Assembly (NCBI GenBank): GCA_965649115.1 | Contig: CBFGJN010000001.1 | Coordinates: forward strand, 13,576 to 77,575 | Length of the DNA stretch: 64,000 bases | Origin: a candidate division WOR-3 bacterium | GTDB lineage: Bacteria; Hydrothermota; Hydrothermia; LBFQ01; DSFT01 | Reading direction: 5' to 3' | Part shown: positions 10,590-20,626 of the stretch, one piece after another | Layout: each line of letters opens with the position of its first letter | Position numbering within the stretch: position 1 is the first letter of the stretch | Position numbers and translations under genes: made by a program | Notes under the pieces: generated by a model | Database searches by the model: none | The model's input: only the letters and a program-made list of their open reading frames with translations | What the model was told of the DNA's origin: nothing

Positions 10590-10662
10590 AGCGAGCGACG
10601 GGACTCGAACCCGCAACCCCCAGCTTGGAAGGCTGGCGCTCTACCAATTGAGCTACGCTCGC
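10590..10662 (-). tRNA. tRNA-Gly(TCC), CCA not encoded
   Basis: GCGAGCGTAGCTCAATTGGTAGAGCGCCAGCCTTCCAAGCTGG...GGTTCGAGTCCCGTCGCTCGCT cloverleaf. Confidence 0.97.
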
Positions 10663-10690
10663 AAGGTTTAAAATTTTAAAGCATAAGTTT

Positions 10691-11527
10691 ATGGATGGTT
10701 TTATCCTCATAAACAAACCAAAGGGTTGGACATCTTACGATGTTATTAGGGTTTTAAAGAAGTTATTTAATGTTAAAAAAATAGGACACTCTGGGACATT
10801 AGACCCTTTTGCAGAAGGACTTTTAATTATTGGGATAAATAAAGCTACAAAATTTATTGAATTCTTGATGAATTTACCAAAGGAGTACATTGCTAAAATT
10901 AAACTTGGTGCTGAAACGGATACACTTGATATAGATGGTGAAATTGTAAATTACGATAATAACTTTAAATTAAATAGAGAAATTCTTGAAATGGTTATTA
11001 ATGATTTTCCAAGAGATTATGAGCAAATTCCACCAAAATTCTCTGCTAAGAAAATTGATGGAAAAAGGGCTTATGAATTAGCAAGGGAAGGTAAGGAATT
11101 TGAATTAAAACCAAAACTTGTAAGTATATATGATTTGAAAATTGAAGATATTGATGAGGTTAATAATGAAGCTATTTTTTATCTTAAAGTTAGTTCTGGG
11201 TTTTATGTTAGAAGTTTTGCAAGAGATTTAGCCAATAAAATGGGAACATTTGGATATTTATTAGAATTAAAAAGGATAGCAATTGGTAATTTTAAAATAG
11301 AAAAAGCACATAGTATAAATGATAAAGAATTTAAACTTATTCAAATTGATACTGCTCTTGATTTTATAGAAAAAATTGAAATTCTTGATTGTAGAAAATT
11401 CAAAAATGGCCAGATTACAACTTATAAATACAAAGATGGAATTTATAGAGTTTACTGTGATAGTAATTTTTTAGGAATAGGAAAAATTGAAAATAATTTA
11501 TTAAAACCATTAAAAGTTTTGACTTAA
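10691..11527 (+). CDS. truB: tRNA pseudouridine(55) synthase
   Basis: 'NKPKGWTSYD', 'GHSGTLDPFAEG', 'PPKFSAKK..G.RAYELAR'. Confidence 0.97.
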   Translation: MDGFILINKPKGWTSYDVIRVLKKLFNVKKIGHSGTLDPFAEGLLIIGINKATKFIEFLMNLPKEYIAKIKLGAETDTLDIDGEIVNYDNNFKLNREILEMVINDFPRDYEQIPPKFSAKKIDGKRAYELAREGKEFELKPKLVSIYDLKIEDIDEVNNEAIFYLKVSSGFYVRSFARDLANKMGTFGYLLELKRIAIGNFKIEKAHSINDKEFKLIQIDTALDFIEKIEILDCRKFKNGQITTYKYKDGIYRVYCDSNFLGIGKIENNLLKPLKVLT

Positions 11528-11637
11528 ATAGTTTTAAATTGCTTGGTATCGGGTGGCTTTTTGGCTTTAAAAACTCCATTTTTTGGCATTGGGGGTTCGC
11601 CTTTATAAATACTTTGGGTGAGAAATTCCAAATTACC

Positions 11638-11820
11638 TGCTTTGTCCAATAAATAATGTTAAATGCCTAATAATCAATAACTTATAAAATTTTTAAGGAA
11701 ATTATTGAATTTTAGCCCCCCATAACCGAAAAATGGGTATTTTTAAGCCGAAGGCTTAATTTCAGGGTGGGTGGGAAAAATATAGAAAAATAAATAATTT
11801 CAGAATTATTAGACACAGCA
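11638..11820 (+). mobile_element. MITE copy (183 bp) with both inverted ends
   Basis: TGCTTTGTCCAATAA...TTATTAGACACAGCA; AAGCCGAAGGCTT hairpin; degenerate fragments just upstream. Confidence 0.85.
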
Positions 11821-11855
11821 TAATTTCAGGAAATTTATCCTTTAAACTTTTCATA

Positions 11856-13319
11856 GTGGAAAAATTGTCTATTGAAATTTCTAATGGTGCTATTGGTTTT
11901 TCGCTTCCAGAGTTAGATGTGCCAGAAGTTAAAATTGATGAGAGAATTCCAAGTCATTTATTAAGAAAAACAGAATTGAATTTACCTCAAATTTCTGAAA
12001 ATGAAACATTTAGACATTTTTTGAGATTATCTCAATTGAATTATAACATTGATAAAGGAATTTATCCACTTGGTTCTTGTACTATGAAATATAATCCTAA
12101 AATAAATGAGGAATTGGCAAGGCACTATAAATTCGTTAATATCCACCCTCATACACCTATTGAATTTTCACAAGGTTGTTTAGCAATAATATATGAGTTA
12201 TCTGAATTATTAAAAGAAATATCGGGAATGGATGCTGTTAGCTTACAAGCGGTAGCAGGTGCTCAGGGAGAATTGGCGGGTGTTTTAATTATTTCAAAGT
12301 ATCATAAAATGAAAAATGAAAAACGAGACATTATATTAGTTCCCGATTCAGCACATGGAACTAATCCAGCAACTGCTACACTTGCAGGTTTAAATACTAT
12401 TGAAATTAAAACTATTGAAACAAATGGAATTTTAAGGGCTAAATTGGTTAAGAAAGAAGTTGAAAATTATGGAGAAAGAATAGCAGGTTTAATGATTACA
12501 AATCCAAATACACTTGGTATATTTGAAGAAGAAATATATGAAATTTCGCAAATGCTTCATCAAATAGATGCACAAATATATATGGATGGAGCAAATATGA
12601 ATGCATTAGTAGGGAATATAAAGCCTTCAAAATTTGGTATTGATGTAATGCACTTTAATTTACATAAAACATTTTCAACACCTCATGGAGGTGGTGGTCC
12701 TGGTAGTGGAGCAATTGCTGTTAAAAAACATCTTGAAAAATTTTTGCCAAATCCAAGAATTAGGAAAATTGGTGAGAAGTACGAGTTAGTTTATGAAGAT
12801 GAAGAATATAGCATTGGAAGATTACATAGTTTTTATGGAAATTTTGGAATGTTCATTAGAGCATTAGTATATATAAGAATGCTTTCAAGTGAAGGATTGA
12901 AAATGATTTCATATTTGGCGGTTTTAAATGCTAATTATTTGAGGAAAAGACTTGAAGAAATAGGATTTAAGATATCTTTTGATATGCCAACAATGCATGA
13001 ATTCGTTTTAACATTAAAAGATATAAAAGAAAAATATAATGTAAAAGCGTTAGATTTTGCTAAAAGAATTCTAGATTATGGTTATCATGCACCTACAATT
13101 TATTTCCCTCTAATCGTTGAAGAAGCATTTATGATAGAACCGACTGAAAGTGAAAGTAAAATTTCACTTGATAATTATATTGAAGTTTATAGAAAAATTT
13201 TAAATGAGATAAGAGAAAACCCTGAAATTGTCCTTTCTGCTCCATTAAATACTCCTGTATCAAGACTTGATGAAGTTAAGGCAGCAAAAGATTTAATTGT
13301 AAAATGGCAAGATATTTAA
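11856..13319 (+). CDS. gcvPB: Glycine dehydrogenase (decarboxylating) subunit 2
   Basis: 'YPLGSCTMKYNP', 'SAHGTNPA', 'NLHKTFSTPHGGGGPG', 'MIEPTESE'. Confidence 0.97.
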   Translation: MEKLSIEISNGAIGFSLPELDVPEVKIDERIPSHLLRKTELNLPQISENETFRHFLRLSQLNYNIDKGIYPLGSCTMKYNPKINEELARHYKFVNIHPHTPIEFSQGCLAIIYELSELLKEISGMDAVSLQAVAGAQGELAGVLIISKYHKMKNEKRDIILVPDSAHGTNPATATLAGLNTIEIKTIETNGILRAKLVKKEVENYGERIAGLMITNPNTLGIFEEEIYEISQMLHQIDAQIYMDGANMNALVGNIKPSKFGIDVMHFNLHKTFSTPHGGGGPGSGAIAVKKHLEKFLPNPRIRKIGEKYELVYEDEEYSIGRLHSFYGNFGMFIRALVYIRMLSSEGLKMISYLAVLNANYLRKRLEEIGFKISFDMPTMHEFVLTLKDIKEKYNVKALDFAKRILDYGYHAPTIYFPLIVEEAFMIEPTESESKISLDNYIEVYRKILNEIRENPEIVLSAPLNTPVSRLDEVKAAKDLIVKWQDI

Positions 13320-13828
13320 TGCTATTTTTTATTTTTGGTTGTTTAAATGCCCAAAACTCTCTAAAATTAAATGAAGAGAAATTAAATGAATTTATTAAAA
13401 AAAATTTTAAAAATTATCAGCTCTTTGAAAAGCCTATTATAAGAAAACAATATAAAAATTTTATTCTTGTTGATTTTGCTTATGCTGGTGCAACAGGAAA
13501 TTATTCGGTTTTGATTATAAATAAAAACAATAATTTTCAAATTGCAAAACTTAAAAATAAAGAAATTAAAAATGCTATATTTCTAATTGCTTCAGGAGGA
13601 GCTGGAAGATATAGTTCTTATGTGGAACTTGATGATAAATTAAAAGTTTTTGAATATTCAATTTATGGAGAGGATAATGATTATTGTAGGGTTGAAGTTT
13701 ATAGTTTTCAAAAAGGTTATTTTATTTACGACAAAACTTTAAGTGATATAGAAAGGAAAAATTATTGTAAAAAAATTTGTGAAATGCTTTCAATTGAAAG
13801 TAAAGTTTGTAAAACCTTGGAAAAATAA
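13304..13828 (+). CDS. Hypothetical lipoprotein or exported protein
   Basis: MARYLMLFFIFGC lipobox-like N-terminus. Confidence 0.55.
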   Translation: MARYLMLFFIFGCLNAQNSLKLNEEKLNEFIKKNFKNYQLFEKPIIRKQYKNFILVDFAYAGATGNYSVLIINKNNNFQIAKLKNKEIKNAIFLIASGGAGRYSSYVELDDKLKVFEYSIYGEDNDYCRVEVYSFQKGYFIYDKTLSDIERKNYCKKICEMLSIESKVCKTLEK

Positions 13829-13892
13829 ATCATTATAAGGACTAATATAGGGTAATCTGCCCCCCATAAAAACTATATTTTCTTAAAATTTT

Positions 13893-14849
13893 TTAGTCAC
13901 TTATTTCCATTACAATTTTTCCTCTAACATGACCGCTTTCTAATATCTTATGAGCTTTTTTAACACTTTCAACACTAAATGGTAAAACCTCTGAAATTAT
14001 TGGTTTCACTAATCCCCTTTCAATAACTTCCTTCATTTCTTCAAGTCTTTTACTTTCTCTTGTTAAGAAAATCCCATATAGAGTTATATTATTTCTATAA
14101 AGCAATGATAAATCTCCTTTCGGTGGTAATATACAAGCAACCCTTCCAAAAGGTTTAATTACAGGTAAAACTCTTGAAACGATGTTATCACCTTGAATAT
14201 CAAAAGCACAGTCAACCCCTTTATTTTCAGTTATTTCCATAACAATTTTATTTACATCGTCATTATAGTCAATAACATAATCTGCTCCAATTTGCTTTAA
14301 GAAGTCAAAATTTCTTGGACTACTTGTTGCAATTACTCTTGCAGAAATCATTTTAGCAAACTGAACAGCAAAAGAACCAACACCACCTGCTCCCGAATGA
14401 ATAAGAATTGTCTCGTAAGGCCTTATATTTAACCTTCTAACAATTGCTTCCCAGGCTGTTCCTCCTGCTAAGGGAACAGCTGATGCTTCAATGAATGACA
14501 AATTTTTTGGTTTTTTTGAAACAATGTTTGCTTTAACAACATTATATTCTGCATAAGCACCATTTGGATTATTATATATTTCAGGAGTGTAATAAACTTC
14601 ATCACCGACTTTAAAATCTTTAACACCTTCCCCAACTTCTTCAACAATTCCACTTACATCATAACCTATTATAATAGGTGGCTTTAATCCAGCCCAAGTT
14701 CCATTTATTCTTATTTTATAATCAACAGGGTTAAAAGCAACTGCCTTAACCTTCACAAGTATTTCGCCAGCATTAGGTTTTGGTTTTTTCATTTCAGTCA
14801 TTTCAAAGTTTTCAACATCTCCAAACTCTTTAAGAACGATCGCACGCAT
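13893..14849 (-). CDS. MDR-family NADPH:quinone reductase-like oxidoreductase
   Basis: 'NPVDYKIR', 'GYDVSG.V', 'HSGAGGVGSFAVQ', 'GHVRGKIV'. Confidence 0.9.
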   Translation of the reverse strand: MRAIVLKEFGDVENFEMTEMKKPKPNAGEILVKVKAVAFNPVDYKIRINGTWAGLKPPIIIGYDVSGIVEEVGEGVKDFKVGDEVYYTPEIYNNPNGAYAEYNVVKANIVSKKPKNLSFIEASAVPLAGGTAWEAIVRRLNIRPYETILIHSGAGGVGSFAVQFAKMISARVIATSSPRNFDFLKQIGADYVIDYNDDVNKIVMEITENKGVDCAFDIQGDNIVSRVLPVIKPFGRVACILPPKGDLSLLYRNNITLYGIFLTRESKRLEEMKEVIERGLVKPIISEVLPFSVESVKKAHKILESGHVRGKIVMEISD

Positions 14850-14886
14850 AGTTTGAAAATTTTAAAGCTTTTTAGAGACTTTCAAT

Positions 14887-15028
14887 TGCTGTGTCTAGCC
14901 TAAAAATAAGGCTTCGCCTTATAAATGCCCATTTTTCGGCTATGGGAGGGCTTAAATTCAATAATTTCATTAAAAATTTTACAAGTTCTTGATCGTCAAG
15001 GACTTAACACTATTTATTGGACAATTGT
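14887..15028 (-). mobile_element. MITE copy, internally deleted, overlapping the 3' end of 14979..15548
   Basis: TGCTGTGTCTAG at 14887, AAGGCTTCGCCTT hairpin, TTATTGGACAA at ~15014. Confidence 0.8.
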
Positions 15029-15548
15029 ATAATTGCAAATTTCTATTTATAATTTCTTTTAAATTTTTCAAAGTTTGACTTTTTTCAAAATTAGTGAAAA
15101 TAATTTCTAAAACTTGTTCAAATTTAAATTCAGATTTGAGTTCCTTCAATTTGCCATAATTAGTTCCTTTTATTTCTTTATATATTTCATTTACAAAACT
15201 TTCAATTGCTTTTGGTTTGACAATCCAAACTTGATGTTTGGGATTTTGTTTCTTTTTAAAAATTATCATTAAATCATTTTCGCATGAATTATAATCTTCA
15301 TGGAGTTTTAATTTTTTAGCGAGTTTATCAAAATGTTGTTCATTATCATAATCAAAAACTGCAATTATTAGTTTATTTTTATTATTATTTTTAATTCTTT
15401 TACAATAAGTTTTTATAACTCCATCATAACCACCTGTTTCTACTTCATCTGAGCAGTGTAAAACATCACAAACAGCATTTAGTTTTAAAAAATCTCGTAA
15501 TTTCTTAAAAAATGAGTAATCATTATTACATTCAACAATAAAAATCAT
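14979..15548 (-). CDS. Putative TOPRIM-fold nuclease partner of the adjacent ATPase
   Basis: 'FIVECNND' and 'AVFDYD' resemble TOPRIM E and DxD motifs; ATGA overlap with the ATPase. Confidence 0.55.
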   Translation of the reverse strand: MIFIVECNNDYSFFKKLRDFLKLNAVCDVLHCSDEVETGGYDGVIKTYCKRIKNNNKNKLIIAVFDYDNEQHFDKLAKKLKLHEDYNSCENDLMIIFKKKQNPKHQVWIVKPKAIESFVNEIYKEIKGTNYGKLKELKSEFKFEQVLEIIFTNFEKSQTLKNLKEIINRNLQLYNCPINSVKSLTIKNL

Positions 15549-16639
15549 TTTTTACTGAAATATTCAGTATTAAGGAAGGGGTCTAAATCTTCTTCTTGAT
15601 AAATTTTTTCAGTTATATCAATAATTTTTGTTTCTTCATTCTCAAATTTAAATAGAAGAACTGCAACATCTTTATTTTCCTTACCTTCTCTAACAAGTTT
15701 TCTAAATAGATAAGGATTATGAGTTGAAATGAAAAATTGGTTTTCACTATAATAAATATCTTTTGCCATTTCAAAAATAAATGGAGGGAAAACTTTACTT
15801 TCAGGTTCTTCAAAAATTAAAGTTGAATTTTCTGATGAATGAATTGCTGATAAATAAAAGATGTAGTTCCTCAAAGTATCTGCTAACAATAGATAAGAAA
15901 GTCTTATAATTTTCCCTTCCTTTTTCTTAACGACATAGTACTCCTTATCATCTACATCTTCGTAAATTTCATACCCTATTTTTTGAAGATAAAGTCTAAA
16001 TCTCTCATAAACTTCTCTGTTTCTATTTAAAATTCCAAATATATTTTTGCCATAAGGTGGAATAAGGGAAGGATAATAAAAATTGTATCTTTCTTTTTCT
16101 TCTAAATCCAAATGATAATATCTTTTTACAGAATTTAAGGGTTTTGGTACTTCAATTTCACCAAGGTATTCAATTCCAAAATTTCCTTTATAAAATTTAA
16201 ATTCCAAATTTTTTGAAATGGAAAAACTATAAAAAATTTTTCCTTTCATTTTTTCTGTGAGTTCTAAAAGATTTTTTACTTGTTCCAATTCTTCTTCAAA
16301 TTTTAATTTGTCTTGATACCTTATTAGAAATCCGCAAACTGATTCAACATAATCAAAAATAATAAGTGAAAATTCTTTGTTAATATCAATATAAATTTTT
16401 TCTTGAATGTTCTTAAAATAAAAAAGTTCATAGGGGGAGTTAATACGAATAATTTTTTTGTCAATTAACATTGGTGATTTCGTTAATAAAAAATTTATAG
16501 GGTTTAAAATAGTTAAGGCTTCTAAAAAGTTGCTTTTCCCTGAGTTTGGACTTCCAATAATTAGATTTATTCTTCTTATATTTTCCAACTTAACATCTTT
16601 AAGGGTTTTGAAATTTCTTATACTGATTTCTCTAATCAT
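15545..16639 (-). CDS. ABC/AAA_21-type ATPase
   Basis: 'I.NFK', Walker A 'GSPNSGKSN', 'LIFEEPE', 'FISTHNP'. Confidence 0.85.
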   Translation of the reverse strand: MIREISIRNFKTLKDVKLENIRRINLIIGSPNSGKSNFLEALTILNPINFLLTKSPMLIDKKIIRINSPYELFYFKNIQEKIYIDINKEFSLIIFDYVESVCGFLIRYQDKLKFEEELEQVKNLLELTEKMKGKIFYSFSISKNLEFKFYKGNFGIEYLGEIEVPKPLNSVKRYYHLDLEEKERYNFYYPSLIPPYGKNIFGILNRNREVYERFRLYLQKIGYEIYEDVDDKEYYVVKKKEGKIIRLSYLLLADTLRNYIFYLSAIHSSENSTLIFEEPESKVFPPFIFEMAKDIYYSENQFFISTHNPYLFRKLVREGKENKDVAVLLFKFENEETKIIDITEKIYQEEDLDPFLNTEYFSKK

Positions 16640-16673
16640 ATTTAAAATTTTAAAGGAAAAAATTTTATTTATC

Positions 16674-16790
16674 TGCTGTGTCTAGGAATTCTAAAATCAT
16701 TTATTTTTCACCCTTTAAATAAAGCTTCGCCCTAATAAAATCAATAATCTCAAAAAAGTTTTTATAAGTTTGTGTCTAATAATTAATACC
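16674..16790 (-). mobile_element. Truncated MITE copy
   Basis: TGCTGTGTCTAGGAATTCT end; AAAGCTTCGCC; AATCAATAA; second TGTGTCTAATAA near 16771. Confidence 0.75.
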
Positions 16791-16813
16791 CCCCGTCTTA
16801 GATAAAACGCAAT

Positions 16814-18211
16814 CTATTTAATTAAAGACCTTACAACTTCCTCATCATCAAAATGATATTTTATTCCCTTGATTTCTTGATATGTTTCATGACCTTTTCC
16901 TGCAATTAAAATAACATCATCTTCATTTGAAATGGAAATTGCAAGTTCTATTGCTTTTTTTCTGTCTATTTCAATAATGTGAGCCTTATCAATACCTTCT
17001 TCTATATCTCTAATAATATCCATAGGGTCTTCATCTCTTGGATTATCGCTTGTTAAAATAATAATATCAGCTATTTGTGAAACTTTTCCCATAATTGGTC
17101 TTTTTAAATGATCTCTATTTCCACCTGCTCCAAAAACCAAAATAATTTTTTTATTATAAACACTTTTTAATGTTTTCAAAACCCTTTCAAGAGCATCAGG
17201 TGTATGAGCATAATCAATAAATACATTTTTTATTTTTTGTAATCTTCCTTTTGGTGGTTTAACGTTTCTTAAAACATCAATAATTTTATTAATGTCAAAT
17301 CCAATTGAATTCAATATGGAAAATGAGCAAAGTAAATTATAAGCATTAAATTCACCTATGAAGTTTTCATTTTCAATAATTTTATCAAAAACTTTTATTT
17401 TTAAACCATTTTTTGAATTTTCAATAATCTCTCCTTTTATATTAGCATTTTTATAAAATCCATATGTTATTGCTTTACCCTTACAGGCATTTATGAAATA
17501 AGGACTATTCTCATCATCTAAATTTATAATACCAATAGCATTTTCATTTAACATTCTAAATAATTTGAGTTTTGCTTCTCTGTAATTTTCAAATGTTTTG
17601 TGAAAATCAAGATGATCTATCGTTAAATTTGTAAAAACTGCTATTTTGAAATTAACATCATCAACTCTATTTAGTGCTAATGAATGACTTGAAACTTCCA
17701 TTACAAGAAATTCACCATTATTTTTTAGAATTTCAAACATGTACCTTTGTAAATCTAAGGATTGAGGCGTTGTTAATTTTGGCACTTCTTTTCTTGAAAT
17801 TAAATCATTTATTATTGTTCCAAGAAGAGCAGTTTTATGTCCCAATAGATTTAAAGCTTGATAAGTTATATAGGTTGTTGTAGTTTTTCCATTCGTTCCT
17901 GTAATTCCTATTACAAATAAATTTTTTGAGGGATAATTGTAAAATTTTGCTGAAATTTTTGAAAGTTCAATTCTTGAATTTTCAACAATTACTTGATTAA
18001 CCTTTACATCTAACTTTCTTTCAACAACAATAGCTTTTGCTCCATTATTGATTGCTTCATATACAAAATCATGACCATCAAACTTTTCTCCCTTTATTGC
18101 AAAAAAGACATAATTTTCTTTTACTTCTTTGCTATTATAGGCAATTCCTTCAACTATAAAATCTTCAAAGTTTTCAATTTTATAACCTTCAAATAATTCT
18201 GAGAACTTCAA
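16814..18211 (-). CDS. murE: UDP-MurNAc-tripeptide ligase
   Basis: 'GITGTNGKTT', 'MEVSSH', 'DYAHTPD', 'SDNPR', 'AGKGHE'. Confidence 0.97.
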   Translation of the reverse strand: MKFSELFEGYKIENFEDFIVEGIAYNSKEVKENYVFFAIKGEKFDGHDFVYEAINNGAKAIVVERKLDVKVNQVIVENSRIELSKISAKFYNYPSKNLFVIGITGTNGKTTTTYITYQALNLLGHKTALLGTIINDLISRKEVPKLTTPQSLDLQRYMFEILKNNGEFLVMEVSSHSLALNRVDDVNFKIAVFTNLTIDHLDFHKTFENYREAKLKLFRMLNENAIGIINLDDENSPYFINACKGKAITYGFYKNANIKGEIIENSKNGLKIKVFDKIIENENFIGEFNAYNLLCSFSILNSIGFDINKIIDVLRNVKPPKGRLQKIKNVFIDYAHTPDALERVLKTLKSVYNKKIILVFGAGGNRDHLKRPIMGKVSQIADIIILTSDNPRDEDPMDIIRDIEEGIDKAHIIEIDRKKAIELAISISNEDDVILIAGKGHETYQEIKGIKYHFDDEEVVRSLIK

Positions 18212-18462
18212 AGTTGTTTATAAAGAATTACAAGGATAAGCCCAAAAATTAACATTATTAAAGAAAATGAAAACATTAAGGAAAGTGAGAAATTGAAAGC
18301 AACTAAATCAACTTTTAAGTTTTCTATTCCAAATCTGATTTTGTGAGTTAAAAATTCACTTGCAGGGTGAGGAGGAAAGTATCTGTTTATTGACCAATCT
18401 AAGATAGTTCCTATAATAATACCGATTATAAATACAACAAAATAAGATTTTACTGATTTCAA
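18208..18462 (-). CDS. Small membrane protein (DUF4321-like); start moved to TTG 18462
   Basis: The tracked start lies inside tRNA-Leu. Two hydrophobic segments; TTGA overlap with murE. Confidence 0.6.
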   Translation of the reverse strand: MKSVKSYFVVFIIGIIIGTILDWSINRYFPPHPASEFLTHKIRFGIENLKVDLVAFNFSLSLMFSFSLIMLIFGLILVILYKQL

Positions 18463-18465
18463 AGA

Positions 18466-18551
18466 TGCCCGGGGAGGGACTCGAACCCTCACGCCCCTTT
18501 CGGGGCCCAGGATTTTAAGTCCTGTGCGTCTTCCGATTCCGCCACCCGGGC
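18466..18551 (-). tRNA. tRNA-Leu(TAA), CCA not encoded
   Basis: GCCCGGGTGGCGGAATCGGAAGACGCACAGGACTTAAAATCCTG, long variable arm, GGTTCGAGTCCCTCCCCGGGCA. Confidence 0.97.
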
Positions 18552-18640
18552 AAGTTTTAAAATTTTAAAGGATAGAGCTTAATTTATGAAAAATTTAATG
18601 GGGGCGCCAGGAAGCTTAAATATCCTTTAAAATTTTAATT

Positions 18641-19543
18641 ATGAGGAAGCCTTCTATATTATTAATTTTCGTTATATCCTGTGCTAAAAGTAGTATGGAG
18701 AAATTTTGGCAAGATGGGAATCCTTTACCTTACAGCGTTGCAAATTTTGGATGGACATCAGACTTAAATGGTTTTTATATATTTGGAGGAGATACAAGCT
18801 TTAATGATTATTCAACTTCAAGAATGATTATTTATAATAATAATTCTTATCAAATTTCTGAAACTTTAATAGCTCCTATTCACTTAAAAAATTCCTGTAT
18901 CGCTATTTATAATAATAAAGTTTATATTTTTGGGGGTTATATTGCTAATAGTCCGACGAATTATTTCTTTTCTTATGATTTAAATACAAAAACTTATCAA
19001 GATTTAGGAAATTTGCCTTTTGATGCAGGAGGATGTTTTGCTCTTACTTTGAATAATAAAATTTACATTATTGTTGGTGCAAATACTTCTTCGTTTTATG
19101 AATTCAATCCTACAAATAATTCGTTTAATCAAAAGGCATCATTAAAATATAGTAGAGATGGGGCTTGTGCAGTTGTTTTAAATGGACAAATTTATGTCAT
19201 TGGAGGAGGAAATGATAAGCTTGAGGCTTATGATATTACAACGAACGCTTGGATTGAAAAGAAAAATTTAGATATTAGTTTAAAAAATCATACATGTTCA
19301 GTTTTAGATAATAATGTATATGTTTTTGGAGGTCAAACATCTTCAAATACTATTTCTTCAAAGGTTTTTAAATACGATCCTAATAGTGATACTTGGACAT
19401 ATATAACTGATATGAAAACACCAAGAAAAGGGCTTGGTTCAGCAGTAATAGGAAATGAAATTTATATATTTGGTGGTATTGATGATAACAATAACTTTAC
19501 AAATAAAGTAGAGATATTTAAGGTTTCTCCTATTGTTTTTTAA
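18641..19543 (+). CDS. Kelch-repeat lipoprotein
   Basis: Lipobox VISC; repeated 'IY.FGG' blades. Confidence 0.88.
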   Translation: MRKPSILLIFVISCAKSSMEKFWQDGNPLPYSVANFGWTSDLNGFYIFGGDTSFNDYSTSRMIIYNNNSYQISETLIAPIHLKNSCIAIYNNKVYIFGGYIANSPTNYFFSYDLNTKTYQDLGNLPFDAGGCFALTLNNKIYIIVGANTSSFYEFNPTNNSFNQKASLKYSRDGACAVVLNGQIYVIGGGNDKLEAYDITTNAWIEKKNLDISLKNHTCSVLDNNVYVFGGQTSSNTISSKVFKYDPNSDTWTYITDMKTPRKGLGSAVIGNEIYIFGGIDDNNNFTNKVEIFKVSPIVF

Positions 19544-20624
19544 TTCAGTTTTAAATTTAATTAATATCTTACTTGGTTTTTTAAATTTGAAAGTTCTTTT
19601 TACTTTTTTAGATTTAAAAACATTAGATAATTTCTTTTTAATTCAGTCAATATCACTTTCAATTTCAAGTATATTTGTTGTTAGTTTTGAAACAACTTTT
19701 CAAAATTTCATTCCAAAGATGAATGATAAAGATAGTAAAATTTTACTTACAAAATCATTAATTTTGACTTTTTGTTTTTATATAATTTTTTCCATTTTTA
19801 ATTTTAAAATTTTTCTTTTTTTCCCCTATGCTATTTTTCCAATTTTTTTAAGTTATCTTTATGCTATTAAAAAATTTACAATCTCTAATATAATAAATGC
19901 CCTTTCAATTATTTCAACAACTTTTTTCATTTTCCTTATCAAACCAAAAGAAATAAAATTAGTTATTCTTATATATTTCTTCGTTTATTTAGTGTTTTGC
20001 TTATTTTTGATTGTCTTAATAAGACCACCTTTGACTTTTAAAAAAGAAATTATAATTCAAATAAAAGATTATTATAAATTCTCATTCCTTTCATCACTAA
20101 CAAGCCCTATATATAGATATTTAGATAGATTTATTCTTGGATTTTTTGGGAATGTTGGTGATGTTTCAGGATTTGTGCTAATCAGAAGAATTGATAATTT
20201 CATTAGGCAAGTTTTAAATGCACCATTATCAATAGCGCTTGTAAATATAAGTTCAAATCCAAATTATTTCAATAATTTTTTTAGAAAGTATTTAATTTTT
20301 TCATTTTTTCTCTTTATTGTTGAATTAGTTTTAGGATATTTTATTCTTCTCATTATTGGAGGTAAAATTTTTTTAAAATTTTATTTTTCATTAATTTTGT
20401 TCTCTTTTTCATTTCTAATTTCTGCTATTTTTTCAGTTTTCATATTAAAAGAAAGAGTTCTTAACAATCCAAAACCATTTTTCATTTATAATATCTCATT
20501 TGTAGTTTTTTACTTTCTTTTCTCTATAATTTTATTTAAATTTTTTAATTATAATGGTATTGCATTAGCTTTTCTTTTAAGCACAGTAATTTCAAGTTTA
20601 ATTAGTATGAGCTTTAAAATTTAA
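19533..20624 (+). CDS. Wzx/MOP-family flippase-like membrane protein
   Basis: Polytopic; 'YLDRFILGFF', 'NGIALAFLLS'. Confidence 0.65.
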   Translation: MFFNSVLNLINILLGFLNLKVLFTFLDLKTLDNFFLIQSISLSISSIFVVSFETTFQNFIPKMNDKDSKILLTKSLILTFCFYIIFSIFNFKIFLFFPYAIFPIFLSYLYAIKKFTISNIINALSIISTTFFIFLIKPKEIKLVILIYFFVYLVFCLFLIVLIRPPLTFKKEIIIQIKDYYKFSFLSSLTSPIYRYLDRFILGFFGNVGDVSGFVLIRRIDNFIRQVLNAPLSIALVNISSNPNYFNNFFRKYLIFSFFLFIVELVLGYFILLIIGGKIFLKFYFSLILFSFSFLISAIFSVFILKERVLNNPKPFFIYNISFVVFYFLFSIILFKFFNYNGIALAFLLSTVISSLISMSFKI

Positions 20625-20626
20625 AA

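Noticed and set aside
11810..11820. TAGACA/TGGACA in the MITE end acting as a -35 box
   Set aside because: It lies 27 nt from the -10 box, far from the ~17-nt spacing.
11629..11829. Target-site duplication around the single copy at 11638
   Set aside because: Flanks CAAATTACC and TAATTTCAG differ, so the 9-bp evidence comes only from the two clusters.
13829..13892. Possible MITE remnants here, at ~8460-8498 and ~18575-18620
   Set aside because: Too degenerate to delimit; not used in the spacing count.
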